Shown piece after piece: positions 11,985 through 26,011 of a stretch of 64,000 nt of DNA (its first letter is position 1; each line of letters opens with the position of its first letter). Below the pieces are notes generated by a model that searched no databases, had not been told where the DNA came from, and was given only the letters and a program-made list of their open reading frames with translations. Source of the stretch: Octopus bimaculoides (Eukaryota); assembly GCF_001194135.2 (NCBI RefSeq), contig NC_068996.1, positions 8,243,683 to 8,307,682 on the forward strand. Reading direction: 5' to 3'. The position numbers and the translations under genes are program-made.

Positions 11985-14019
11985 GTCATCTAAGATTCTT
12001 TAAGTCAGGAAAAAATGCACTCATATATCTGTCAATAGAATGGATGTATTATCCAAAGTGTATGGGAGTTTATATAAACCCCCAGTGTAACTTCCCACAG
12101 ACATTGTATTCCTACACACACCACATGCACACATAAAGACCCCACAAACTTAATCAACACATAAAAGAAAGAAAACACACTAACAAACACGGATGTGTAT
12201 GCCCACACACTCCTGCAATGGTTATATATATAGTACTATTACACAGATTCCATTTCCACAAAAACACCAACATTAAGGATACATGCATTTCCCACAAACA
12301 CTTCCAGAAAACTCTTACCGACTTGCAACATATCACCCCAGTGGTGATGGTTTGGTACCAAGGGACATAACTCTTAATTCAATCCCCTACTTGTTTCATT
12401 TCATCATCTCTTACACAACAACTGCAAACCGGATGTCTCTATTCACCATCAACAATAGAGAACAGTCAACATATTACATTCCCTTTTGTCTACCTCTTTT
12501 GAGTGCAGGGTTACATAATTGGATTGTTACCTAACACTCTGTTGCATCTCTAGCATGAAACTGATTGGTAAGATCAGCCATAATGGATATATTATTCTGT
12601 ACACTTTGGATAGTACACACACACACACAAACATACACGCATGCAAGCATGCATGCATGCATACATACATACATACATACATACATACATACACATGCAT
12701 GTATGTATCTATTATGTATCTAAATCTGAAACTTCAATTTGCAACTCTGAATTTCTTGTTACCAATTCTTAAGTGATAAGAGAAGTGAAACAGAAGATCT
12801 ACTTATATATAACTGTTAAATATAAGATGTATATAATCAAAAGAAAGTTTTCTGATTGGTTTGAGGTCTTTAACAGTGTTATATATTACTTGTTAAGGTT
12901 ATCTCTACAGATATTCTATAGAAATTGTAGCCAGCATTGATTTTGTTACAGCATTTCATACTCAAGACAGCAAGAAGGAATTTGAAGATGAAAAATATGG
13001 GTAATGGGTGTATATGATATATCTCATGAGATTTTGATCCTTCATCAGACCCCATTCAACACATTAATTATCCATGAACTCATTGCTTAAATAGCCACTA
13101 AATATAGTGGTGTAACGTCATTGGATATGCCAATTTTACATACAAAGCACATTCCTGGAAGCTGGTACATAAATGTCGTAATAAAATCAGCACTGGCTAT
13201 AATTTCTATAGAATTTCTGTGGAGATAACCTTAGCAAGCGATGTAATAGCACTGCTAACACAATAGAACACAATATTGAGTCTTAAAAACATTTAATACA
13301 CTTTGTAGTATATTATGGTTGCATAACAAAATATGGTGTCCTTACAGTCATTGGTATTATATATGGCTATATAGTGTTTGACTATTGGGCATGAGACAGA
13401 TTAGAATAAAACCCATATGGAACAGTATATTCAGCTTCCTAGAAACATGAAGATTATAACCATTGTTATTTGGTGTGTAATTTTGGTGTGTTCTTACATA
13501 TTCTAATGATTTTAAAGTTTCTAATATTTTTTGAACCTCAAGTATTGAGATTTAGACATTCAGGTTACATTGGAACAAAGTGTCATTCAAGAGTTCTAAA
13601 ATTTACCAATGGTGATTACAACTTGGAAGTTTAAAGGATTTTTAGTCATATCGTTATAATCTTTGGGAACAGATTCAATAGATGCGGGCACTTTTGTGCA
13701 GTAAACAATGTAATTTATTTGCAAAATGGTGCTCCAGCATGACTGCAGTCAAATGACTGAAACAAATAAAAGAATAAAAGAATTTAGCATTCATATTATT
13801 CTGTAAAATGTAATTCTTATTCATTCACATTGTTTTAAATTCATCATGCATTATCTCATGCTGTGCGTCTACGTCAAGTAAATGTGTGAGAGAGAGGTTG
13901 CCAAATCTAGGCTTCCTCTTTAACACCAGTAAACACTCCAGTTCCGATCACTTATTAACCCTTTACAGTGATCAAATAGCACTAATATTGGAGTATTCAA
14001 ACATTCTAGACTGCATTAC

Positions 14020-14239
14020 GCCTTTACCATTCATATTACTCTGTCAAATCTATTTCTTGTTTATTCACATTGTGTTGAATTAATCACACATTATCTCATA
14101 GTTTTGAGATTACAATGATGTGATTCTTTATATTTAGAAGGACATTGTAGGGTAGGTGTGAGATGATGAATACAACCAGTTCCAAAATAAAGCAAGAAGA
14201 ATATTTGGGCCGGATGTGGATAGTTCAAATACTAAAGGG
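14020..14239. mobile_element. piggyBac-type MITE family 1, diverged copy
   Basis: Homologous to the TTAA-flanked copy at 55507-55725; further copies at about 13780-13880, 21900-22103 and 30433-30650. Confidence 0.7.
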
Positions 14240-15811
14240 TGAAGGGGCTATTTATGGCAGCAAAACCTGTACCAATGTGAAGGATTAACTGTGGATTGTG
14301 GGTTATGATTTTTACTGTCAAAATAGCAAAATTTTGTGTACAACTAAAAATTTATACTTATTGACAATCATATAGCCATGGTTGTTTAGGTAAAAATAAT
14401 TATCTAAGTCGATTTTTATTGGTTCTTCTTTATACATGGAGGTTAATCAATATGATTTTACATTTTTTGCTTTTCTTTGTGTATTATTATCATTATTATT
14501 ATTTAAAAAATGAACTCTGGAATTAAGTAGAATTGTGGAAAATTCATTTAACCGAAGTTTAATATACAATCCTCAATTGTTAAATTTAATATTTAATATA
14601 AAATCTAACATTCATTTATTTGCAAGCTGTTATGAATTTCTGGATAAGGTTAGTCTCGGAGGCAATGTAATATTTACATGAATAAATGTCTAGGAGTGCT
14701 ATGGAACTGTTGCAGAAAAAAAAAAATGGTAAAGAATTAAGTAAGCACAAGTATAGAAGACAAATAACCTAAATCTCAAGGATTAAATAAGTTGGATTAG
14801 ATCTCTTGTGACAGAATGTGCTCAACTATTGTTTTGTGGTTAAGAAGTTCGGTTTGCAATTACTTTCAGGTTTCAGGTTCAATCCTGCTGCATGTTAAAT
14901 TGGTTATATGGCTTCTGTCATACCCTTGGGTTGATGAAAGCATTTGGATGCAAATAAGCTTATCAATTTGATTTGCACAAAATAGTTTTCAGTTTCTTCA
15001 AGTAATTCCTAATAAGCTTATTAAATACCTTATTAAGACTCTTATTACCTAATTGAAACCCTCATTATGTAACCAAAGCCCTCATTACATGACTGGTGCC
15101 CTCATTACATGACTGGCACCTTCATTACACAATTCATTACATAATTAATAATTTTATACCAATAAATAGAAACCTTGTAAAATGCCATCAGAAGAACTGT
15201 TCCTGTTTTTCAGCATTAGAATTAACATGTCATCCAGTTTAGCAGCACTACCTGGTCAGCCTTTAAAAACCTTTAGCTGAGTCCACTCAGTTACAAGCAC
15301 TTGAGCCATGTCTCCGGTCTGAGGATAACTTCTTTCCTTCCTCCTATCAGTCCTGAAGGCCATTACTGTTGATTTATGCTGTGTGAAAGGTAAACTATAA
15401 CCATAAAGATTCTCACAGTTTAGGAAGGGGTTATCATTTAATGTTTTAGATGTGGCATTTGTATTCAGGAGATTTGGTGGTAGTAGATGCTTTAGCTCTG
15501 CTAACCATAAATCTTATTAGTTTTCTCTACCGACCACTCTTTTATATTCTTTCCTAATTTGTTGCCAAGTAAATGATGCAAGAATGTTGTTATTGATTGG
15601 CTCAGGCACAGTACAGTGTTGATGACCTGGGGGACCTGAATCTGTAGCTGTTCAGTCAAAACATTCATCTTAAGTTTTGTTAGTTATAGAAGTATGGATG
15701 TTTTGTTTCAGATGGCTCACTTCTTTGATGTCCTTCTACATTTTTGTCAAGAGATAATCCACCGTTTAAGAGACATTATGCTTTCAACACCGATCAATCA
15801 ATTGCTGTGGT

Positions 15812-16062
15812 TAGCTTTCATAAAATCCATGTTATGACCAGCTTCCATCAGATCCATATTATGACCAGTTTTCATAACATCTATGTTATCACCATCTTCC
15901 ATCAGATCCATGTTATGACCAGCTCTCATATGATCCATGTTATTAGCAGCTCTCATAAGATACACATTGTGACCAACTTCCATCATATCCTTGTTATGAT
16001 CAGCTTTCATAAGATCCATTTTATGATCAGCTTTCATAAGACCCATTTTATGATCTGCTTTG
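15812..16062. repeat. 27-bp minisatellite (ttatgaccagcttccatcagatccatg), about 9-10 diverged units
   Basis: Units counted directly; one reading frame stays open on each strand. Confidence 0.9.
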
Positions 16063-18739
16063 ATTTACTCCACACAACAGCATGTTCCCAGTTGATGTTA
16101 GGAAATTTTTACAATTTCTTTCTAATTAAAGCTCAGTTATTCTTTCATGTTCTCAAATCTGCTGCAAGTAATGTTTTCCCAATTTATTTTCTGTGATTGA
16201 TGTTAACTGTTGCACTCATCCATGAAACTGTTGCTCCAGTTATGCCTAAATACAGATAGCAACTGTATGAAATATAGTCACAGCTGCTTAACCTAATTAA
16301 TACTAATCTTAATATGAAGATATTGAAAAAAAAACACGTCTAAACGACACAGTATTATAAACAAATTTCTAAAGTATGTTGACTGACCACCCAGTGTATG
16401 AATTTGTGTGTGCGTTGGTTTGATGTTCATGTTTGTTTGAAGAACCATTTTTTTTTTTTTTAAATAAATCTATGTTGATTAGATGTTAAAATTTTGACTT
16501 TTTATTATCAAAGCCATAAAGATATCTTTACAGATACGAGCGCTTCAAGCTTTGACCAAATTGTTTCCCTGTAAACTATAAGTGGCGTACAACAGTTAAG
16601 TGATTCTTCCTTCTAAGCTAGGACCGAGTGTTTATGATATTTTTTTGCATCCCTTATACATACATACATATATATTTATATATATATATATGTATATTAT
16701 TAGAGAGTATGGTGCTATGACATATTGCAGTAGCATTTTATTTTTTAACAGTGGCTTTTATACCTTCCTTCCTTTCCATTTTAGAAAGTTATCTTTAAGA
16801 TTAAAAAAAAGGATTGCTATGTTCACCCTATAATCAAGAATCGTGCTCAAATATCTTCTTCTGAATGTATTGTTATTATTTTCATTGATAGTAACCTTAC
16901 TGAGCATGAACATTTGGAACTGTTATGAAATAATGTTAATTTCAAGCTTTGTTGAATATTTGAATTTTACTTTAGTTTTAGTAGCCCAACCATGAAATTC
17001 TCTGAATTGAAATGCTTGATAAGAATATGAAGCGATTAAAAAAAAAAAATGTTATTTTCCAGCTGTCTTTCTCTTCCTGTTTTCACTTCAGATGTTAAAA
17101 TTTTATTGTTTTATTACAAATGATCCTTTTGAAATTCCCTCTGCCCTTTAGTATAGTTCACCCATAATCTGTAATGTAGCTGTTGCTAATGCTCTGATTG
17201 TTTTTTATGAAACCTCTTTAACTTGTTATCAGTGATTTAAAAAATATTTGTTTTGAATGCAAATAGGGTTTGAAAGCAAATTAAATGGGTGGGATGATGC
17301 ATAAAAAATAAAAACAAAATCCGTAAACCCTGTTATTAATTTTCAAATAATAAGAGGAAGACAAATGATGTGGGAATAAAGGGTGAGGTCTGCTCTGTGG
17401 ATGATGAACCTTAAAATGAAGATGACAAATGACCATAGCAAATGCAAAGAGGTAGTGATAAAGCAGACCTATCGAACCCATGCCACTCTGGAAAGACCAA
17501 CATAATACCAGTCATAAAGATTCATCCTAAATGAATCTGGATTTTTTTCCCCAAAAAAATTTTGCGAATGAGTTTGTGCTTTTTTTTTTATAACAACAAT
17601 TCCATGCTAGACTTAGGTAGAATGGAATTTTATGGAGAAATTGATTTAAAAAAGACAACTTTGGTATCCATTCTATACCACTCATGACTCTTTTGTTAAG
17701 AAGTGTAATTTACAATTATGAGGTTGAGAGTCCAATCTTACTGCACTGTACCATTTGGCGTCATTTACCAAAGCTTATTGTCAGTTAAACTTTGGTAGAT
17801 AGACACTGTATGGTGACTTTCTGAAAGTGTGTTTTTGGATGGCGCAATTAATTTGTCACCATGGCTTTTGGGTGTCTTTAATGAAGTCCATTCTGTTGCA
17901 AACATCAGGCCATGTCTTTGGTTAAACAATTCCTCCTTTTCTTACTACAAACATGGCCCTAATAGTGCCATAGGTATTGCCTTTCCTCCACTATGACTAA
18001 GACACAAAAATAAAAGCAAGCCATTAAGCTAAAGTATAATCGTTTGTGAAGTATTTGCTTAAATATTAATCAAACTCAGCTTTGCTAACTTTATTATCAA
18101 AAGAGAGATGTCTTCAACATAATATGGTTATAATTTTAAGTGTGCTTAAATTGGTTTTCATCTTTATTTTCAGTATGTCTTGAAGAATATTTGAAGCATT
18201 GAAACATATCTGTTCCTCAATGCAAACACATTTATTTTCACTTTGTGGAACTGTGTGTGACTGCTCTTTGCTGACACACACCGACAGTAGTTTCCTCCGA
18301 TGAGATTGGTTCATTTTTGAGCCAAGTTAGAATGGCTGTTGTGAATCTTTATTAATTGTAGATTGATACTGTCTGTCGTCTCTTTGCCTGTCTCATAAGT
18401 ACAGTGTTTATGATGTCTAATATTGTTTTCAATTAATCAGTAATTATTAGAAATATAAGGAAATTACTGACATATGCAGTGTTGAGAAAGGTGAAAAGAA
18501 ATGTTTAAATTTGAAAGAAAACAGATGCAAAAGATGACGAAAGAAGCAAAAAAAAATTCTTCACCTATTGATTGTTTAAGATTGTTAAAGAGTCCACTGT
18601 TATTATTGGCATGACAGGAGAGGTTGAGAGAAGCAAGTAATTCCATCATGAATTAAATGATTGATGTTCTGATCTCTTTATCAAACAGTGGAGTTGACCC
18701 ATTGTATCATGTCTCTAAGGAGACATGAATACCAGAAGA

Positions 18740-18779
<40 letters not shown>

Positions 18780-18805
18780 TATATGTACATATATCATCAT
18801 CATCA

Positions 18806-19100
18806 TCATTGTTTAACATCCGCCTTCCATGCTAGCATGGGTTGGACGATTTGACTGAGGACTGGTGAACTGGATGGCTGCACCAGGATCCAATCTGATC
18901 TGGCAGAGTTTCTACAGTTNNNNNNNNNNGCTAGCATGGGTTGGACGATTTGACTGAGGACTGGTGAACTGGATGGCTGCACCAGGATCCAATCTGATCT
19001 GGCAGAGTTTCTACAGTTGGATGCCCTTCCTAACGCCAACCACTCTGAGAGTGTAGTGGGTGCTTTTACGTGCCACCAGCACGAGGGCCAGTCAGGCGGT
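18806..19100 (-). mobile_element. SINE family C with (GAT)n tail; part duplicated across a short gap
   Basis: catcatcattgtttaacatccgccttccatgctagcatgggttggacg...ggatgcccttcctaacgccaacc; similar copies at about 11230, 33640, 34845, 36473, 36880, 37995, 39560, 53140, 53500, 55380, 58175 and 62040. Confidence 0.8.
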
Positions 19101-19416
19101 ACTATACACTGTTCTACACACAAACACAGATACACATATGCACAGGCATACACACAGATACACACATGACATTCTGGTAAAGGAAAATAATGAATCATAA
19201 ATATCCCACTACCATAAACTACATACATAGAAACACTCAGACACAACATACACACATACATGTGCATGTACACACACGAGCATACACACATACACACACT
19301 GTAGTTTTACAGGTAAGTTCATGTTTTGTTTCCTCTACAACTTGTATCTCCACAAGCAGCACAATATTCATATCAGATTAATAAACTCAAATAGAATTCA
19401 TCATCAACAACAACAA

Positions 19417-19454
<38 letters not shown>

Positions 19455-19989
19455 AGGAGAAAAATACTCGCTACATAACAGGGAGTCAATAACATCAGTA
19501 ATAAAAAAAAAACTGAGATTTTACACTGATGTTATTCTGAGTTTTCTGTTACTGTTAATGTGAGAATCACATTAATAATGTTGTAAAATCTCTTTTTAAC
19601 TGCTATTTGCTATTCAACAATATAAGGAATAGGAAGTGTACAAAAGTTCACTCAGTTTGACATTGTAGGCTTTTACCCCTCTGTATCTGACACCCTTCTC
19701 ATTAGTATTTGCTAAGAACTCTGGTAAGTAAGATTCACTGAGAACTATAAACCATAGAAGAGAGGAAAATAAAGAATGTACTCAATTCAAAAAAGATTCT
19801 ACTTTTTAGTTTAAAAAGTTCTACTTTTATGTCTCTCCTTTGCTCTTCGGTGCTCTACTTTTATGCAAAAGATCCTACTTTTATGTAAAAAAAAAATAAT
19901 CTGACACAAAAGATGTTTTGATATTAGCATGGATACAGAAAAGTCAGTGTAGAACTATGTGACCTTATTGAATTATACATTTTTGACTC

Positions 19990-21500
19990 ATTAAGAAATT
20001 CACATCCAGAGACTTCAATTCATACATAGATGACAGGTTAGTTATATCTAGAAACATGAATGGACACACGTTAGATAAGCTTAGGAAAGACCTAATACAG
20101 GTTTTGAACTAACCATCTTAACACACATGTGTAGATTTCTTAGACGTCTCTCTAAACTTAGCCACCAGCTTTTATAAGAGACTAACTTACACAAAGAATC
20201 TTGCCACCTTTAAAAAATATCTAGTGAATAGTATTAGTTGTACATTCACTCTTTCATCAAATAAGAAAATATCTAATAATACAGCACCCTACTATATAAC
20301 ACAGCCAATTTCAAAGAGAAGCTCATGTTCGTAAGCACCATGCAACAACAATGAACAAACTTTGAGTTAGATAGTGAAGCAACTTTTAAGCATTTGTAGA
20401 TAAACACTTCCTCACAAACTGCTATTACATAAAAATCTTTAGCAGACATAATTTCATAACTGGTTACAGCTCAACCACCAACATGATAAAACAGAAGCCA
20501 GACAAATTACAATGCCGCAGGCAACTTCAGAAACCCTACTATATGCACACTAAACATGTCTGGCAATGCATAGGCAATAGCACATAAAGCTAAAGTCATC
20601 TCCACTGGATCTAATTCCAGTATTGAAAACGAAAAAAAATAAAAAAAAGTATTTAGGCATGACGGTCTGCAAATCAAAGTCCTGATATCTGAACACTCTG
20701 CTATGTTCAGGCATCATGGTCATTCATCAGAATGGCTACAATCATCTAGTCATCGTGGGTGAAGGGTGACTGATTACTTGTACTGTGATGTTTAAAGTAA
20801 AAAAAATTGCTCACTGTCCACCTCATTCTTTTGTCAAGGACCATCTTCAATCCAGTGGCAAGGCCAGTGAAGACATCTGGGGACGGAGATGGATGCAGTG
20901 GATGACCAAGGTGTCTTGCTTGCTTCATCTTGATATCTTCACTCCTCTGTGCGTTGCCACAGCCACCTTTCTCTCCGATGGACCATGTAGGATTCAGTCT
21001 TCGTATGCAGAGGTAGCAAGCCCTGACCTACCAAATGTTACATAATCATTGGCTACTCTTACGTCGTTTAACCTGCCAATCAAAGTGGGTGGTTCACTGG
21101 GGTGTGGCTGCTGTTGTATGCACACAATTACTTGGAGCTACATGTGGGAATTGGGTGTCAGATGTGGACCAAAGCAGACGAACCATCACTGAGTGTGTGA
21201 TATGTTTCTACCATCAAACCTTTCTGATATGCCATATACCCCTGTTGAGGCATACTGAAAAGAAGAAACTACAAAACTATTAAATCAGATAGGTGGATGG
21301 AAAGTTTTGCATGCAAGTTTGTTTCTCATTTGGTTTTCTACCTGGTTTATGAAAACAGGACTAAATTAAAGGACAACTACACAGAGTCAACATAATACCT
21401 TGTAAAATCTAGACTATATAAGAATGAAACCAAACAATGTGGACATCTACTCAGCTGAGAAGAGACTTGTCCTCTCGTATACCTGTACTTCTACAATGTA
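19990..21500 (+). mobile_element. Decayed Penelope-like element ORF (RT C-terminus plus GIY-YIG region), interrupted at about 20600-21300
   Basis: Remnant peptides VDFLDVSLNL, SSNKKISNNTAPYY, KIFSRHNFITGYSSTTNM, HKAKV and KSRLYKNETKQCGHLL follow the usual Penelope motif order. Confidence 0.65.
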
Positions 21501-21568
21501 TCTAATTTTGAGCTCAGAAGTTATTAACAAATATAAATGCTTTAAGATGCAATGTCTATGATACTTAA

Positions 21569-21777
21569 TCCTTTTGTTACCATATTTTTTTATCATAATG
21601 CATCCTCTTTATTTCATTTAATGTTGGAAATAATGAATAATTTAGTAGAATAACTTTACTGTTATGAAGCTGATGTTTAGGAAATAAGTTAGTATGAAAT
21701 TTTAAAGGCAAAGTTAAATCTAAATCACTTTAAATCAGGAACCAAGGGTGGTCACGGGAGGACTGGTAGCAAAAGGA
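21569..21777. mobile_element. piggyBac-type MITE family 2
   Basis: TTAA at 21565-21568, TIR tccttttgttacca / tggtagcaaaagga, ttga on the right; related copy at about 29757-29943. Confidence 0.7.
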
Positions 21778-23243
21778 TTGAACTCACTACCACTAGAAAC
21801 AACATGCCATGCCACATAAAGAACTCGTGGAGATACTTCTCAGTTAAACTTTTATACCTGGACCCCACAGAATTCTTTGTTTTCTATTTTTTTTTTAGAA
21901 TATAAACTGACTCTTATCCAGCCCCAAATATTCTATCAGTTTTGAGTTTAAAATGGCTAGATTTGGGCTCTCTAACTTATCCTAAAAATAAACATTCACA
22001 TCAACAAAATCTTGAAGCTATGAGATAATACATAATTAATTCAAGACAATATGAATAAATAAGCATTACATTTGACAGAGTAATCTGAGTTTTTAAAGGT
22101 TAAATTGATTTTTTGCATCTTTCCACTCCATAAACCATTACTCTCTTTACTACATTACCTTATTCTTTACTCTTTTGTCATTTCTTTCACCATGTTTCTC
22201 CACCTGTCATGCCTTACCTGGATTCAACACATTTCACTACCACAGAAATGTGGATCCATGGATTTATTCTTGCTGTTTTGCATTTTTATCTCCTAACTGA
22301 CTCCTATGTTAATTCATAACAATGTACATAATTCCTCATCTCTTAAATTTAGAACTGTATAATCTTTCTTCTCCTTTTGAGGGTCCCTCTCTCCATTCTC
22401 TCTCCTACAGCACCAATTTATTTACTACTATGCATCCATATATGTGCATCTAAGTCTGTATAGTTGTGAGGTGTGTGTATGTGTATATATTGCATTGTGG
22501 GTGGGGGGAGGCTGTGGATAGCTATATGTATTGCATTGCAGAGACCTTGTATTCTTGAAAATCTTGCCATAAGAAACTTACTTCCTATTCAGTTCTGTGT
22601 TGACTTACATTCAACCTCTGTGTGTGTGTGTATGTGTGTGTGTGTGTGTGATTTTTGATTGAATAATTGGAAACAATATTACACAAATCATGATAATGTT
22701 CATTATACTTCCCGCTAACATCAACTAATAATCTTGTTCTGGTGGAATGTAGCATGGTGGCATTGAGAAATGACTAGAAGTGGCTGTGAATCACAGTTCA
22801 TGCTTTCACTCTGAAACTCAGCCTGCCTTTGAATAGTTAGCCTGTGTTTATTTTTTCTTATAAAGAATAACAAAGAAACTGTAGCCATCACTTGCAGTTG
22901 AGGACGACCTAGTATTGACATGTACCATGCTTTTGCTAATGTTTTTAAGAGCTTATGTAGTTAGTGAGCAGACATAAACATCTTGAACTTTCCACCTTGA
23001 TCCAGAACAGCATGTAGAATGTGACAAGACTACCAGTTACTGCACTGGTAGTCTATTTACCAACCTAAAGAATTAAAGGCAAAGCTGACTTCAATGGGGT
23101 TTGAACTCCAGAACAAAATTCACTATTTATTCTATGCAATGCTCTAACATTTGCCAGTTAAAAACATGCAAACACACCACACACACAGACACACACACAA
23201 CACACACACACCCACGCACGCACGCATGCACACACACACGCAC

Positions 23244-23293
<50 letters not shown>

Positions 23294-24258
23294 CAGGCTT
23301 CTGCAAATTCATTTAAGTGTCTTTAAAACTGATTCCTCACAATGAAACATTCATATAGATAAAAGAGAATTTTTGAAGAAACTATCTTTATTTAAAATGA
23401 ACCTTGTGTTCTCTTCTTTTGTATTTTGATGCAATAGTCATCTTTTTCATTTCAGTTTCCAAGAATACTGCATTTCTTCTTCGTGAGTGGGTGGGTAGGT
23501 TTCTTTCTGAAATGGAAGACAAGTTTAGTTCATATTTATATATAAAAGACTCAGTAAGTTTGGTGTGCAGTGAAGAAGATTTTTGCTTTGGATTACCATA
23601 GTAATTTCAGGTGTAAACTATCTCCAACAACAATTCTCTCTTCTTTGTTTCTATGACAAAGAAAATTTACAAGGATTTTTTTTTTGTTTGTTTTTTTTTG
23701 CCACTGTAAAAACAGCAATTGTGAATTCCACCTACGTCTTCTTTCTCTCACTTTCTCTCTTTCTCTTCTGTATTTGGTGTATTATTCTTTGTCGAACACA
23801 ATCACAACAATTGTGTATTGATTTTATTGTCTTGCGTTTAATAACTGTACCATGGAGAACCACAGTTACAAGTCGATTGGGGGGATTTTCTCTTCAGAAC
23901 CTCGTCTGATTTTTTTTTTTTTTCTTTTTGCTTTTTGTAAAGTCTAAAGCGTTCACACACACGTCTTGTTTTCACCATGTTTGATGTCAGTTCAGCTGAT
24001 AATGATACTAAGACAACACTAGCAGCTTTCGTGATACTTCATTCCTTTTTTTTTTCTCTTTCTCACCCACTCCTCCTCTACTTTCATAGGTGTAACTGCT
24101 TAGCTGTGGAGTAGAAAGTGTTTTATATTCATTCAGATGCAGTGCAGCAAGCACTGGGCACAACACAATGGCGGTAGCAACAGACATTGAACTTTTCTCC
24201 AAGTGATTAGTACAGTTCATAGCCTTCATTGTGTATTCCTTGTGTGTGTACAAATATG

Positions 24259-24298
<40 letters not shown>

Positions 24299-25424
24299 CT
24301 CATACACACATACATGCCCAAGCATGCACACACTTGCCCATATTACATTATGGCATGGTACATTCATCAATCAAGATTTATTGTTCTTTATCAGCCTCTC
24401 CCCTGATCTTGTTCTTTATTAAGTCTTTGGAAGGTTATCCATTGTTCTGCTGTAGATATAAATGTTATGACACTTTCTTGTTTTTTTTTTTTTTTTTTTT
24501 TTTTTTTTGCATTTTTGATTGTTATAGTTGTAGATGTTGAAGATTTCCAAAGACTAACAAAATTATACCATAGCTTCATCTTTAACCTTACTTCTCAAAA
24601 TGCTAAAAATGATAAAATATATGCTTATATATATACTTATAAATTACATGCTTAAATATACAAAAAATGATGAAATACAAGCTTCCCAATTCATCCTTTT
24701 TAATTTCTCATTTGATTCATGTTGATTCATCCATCATCCCTCCCACTCACCTCTAGTGATCATCACTATATTACATCTTAGTCTTTCGGACTTTTACTGA
24801 AAGAATCACAAAAGAAAGACAACTTTTGTATAAGAGTGCCAAATTATGTAATTGTATTGCAGACAGGGGAATTTAGATGTTTCAGGCTGGAGTAGTTATT
24901 ATTCAGAATAACTAGTGTATCAAACTTGAATACATCTATACTGTATTCAGTTTCTTTTCTATGTATTTTCAGCTCAAATCCTGATGTGAGTTTGCATTTC
25001 ATTTTTGTTAGGAATCCATAAAACAATGGGGATATCTTGAAATTAACTAATTTATTGTCCATGCTTGTATTATTATTTATATTATTATTAAAGTAGGGTT
25101 TTGAGCTGGTAAAACCATTAGTATGCAGGGCAAAATGCTTAGCGGCATTTTGTCTGTCTTTATCTTTTTTAGTTCAAATTCCGCTGGGGTTGTCTTTGCC
25201 TTTCCTCCTTTCTGGGTCAGTAAAATAAGTTCCAGTTAAGTACTGGAGTTGATATAATTGGCTTACCCACTCTCCCCACCAAAATTTGAAACTAATATTA
25301 TTATTAAATTTCACCGAGTTCGACTTTGCCTTTCATCCTTTGGTGTTGATAACATAAGTACCAGTTGAACATTGGGGCCAATATAATCACTATCCCCTAT
25401 CTGTAATAGAAAGGATAATTACTA

Positions 25425-25787
25425 TTATTTTATTGTCTTTGCACAGCTTCTAACCCTGGTCAGCTGTTCACTACCAGTGAACTAAGGTAACACCTCTTAT
25501 TTTTCAAGCACCTTCCGGAGTATTCAAGCGGTTCCAAGCAGTGCTGTTCTCTGCAAGTGCACCACCCTTATTGCAGTCCCTATTCGTTCCACGTACTTCT
25601 CGAGATTTTTACTCACTGTTCCCAGGGCTCCGACAGTTATTGGTACTACTGCTACCTTTTTCATTGACCACAACTGCTTAACCTCCCAAGCTAACGTGTC
25701 ATATCTATCGACTTTTCTTTCTTCCTTATCGCATACCTTGTTGTCAGCTGGGCATGCTATATCTAGGATCCAGCATCGTTTGCTTTC
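25425..25787 (-). mobile_element. R4/Dong-like non-LTR retrotransposon 3' fragment (restriction-like endonuclease domain)
   Basis: ILDIACPADNKVCDKEERKVDRYDTLAWEVKQLW...VVPITVGALG...LQRTALLGTA; flanked by TAA-type repeats. Confidence 0.8.
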
Positions 25788-25804
25788 ATTATTATTATTA
25801 TTAA

Positions 25805-26011
25805 GGTGGCAAGGTGGCAGAATTGTGAGCATGCCAGACGAAACACTTAGCAGTATTTTGTCTGCCACAACATTCTGAGTTCAAATTCCACCATGGTCAA
25901 CTTTGTCTTTCATCCTTTTGGGGTCAATAAATAAAGTACCAGTGAAGCACTGGGGTCGATGTAATTGACTACTCCCTCCCCACAAATTTCAGGCCTTATG
26001 CCTACAGTAGA

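Noticed and set aside
12952-13000. AG/GT-bounded 49-nt segment reading FHTQDSKKEFEDEKYG, reminiscent of STIM1 EDEKLSF
   Set aside because: Weak donor (gtaatg), and the EF-hand and SAM-start exons that must follow are not found between 13001 and 27072, where only a 10-nt gap exists
15798-16046. Reflectin gene
   Set aside because: MD-rich, but the period is 9 and it lacks the Tyr/Trp/Arg-rich reflectin motif; kept only as a minisatellite finding
18831-19020. Exact direct duplications flanking 10-nt gaps (also about 6940-7010 and 48895-48965)
   Set aside because: Typical unmerged contig overlaps, not biological tandem repeats
24008-24253. Minus-strand ORF with SVATAIVLCPVLAALHL, superficially like Orai TM4 and tempting inside a STIM gene
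   Set aside because: No other Orai motifs, no convincing splice context, and similarity limited to generic hydrophobicity
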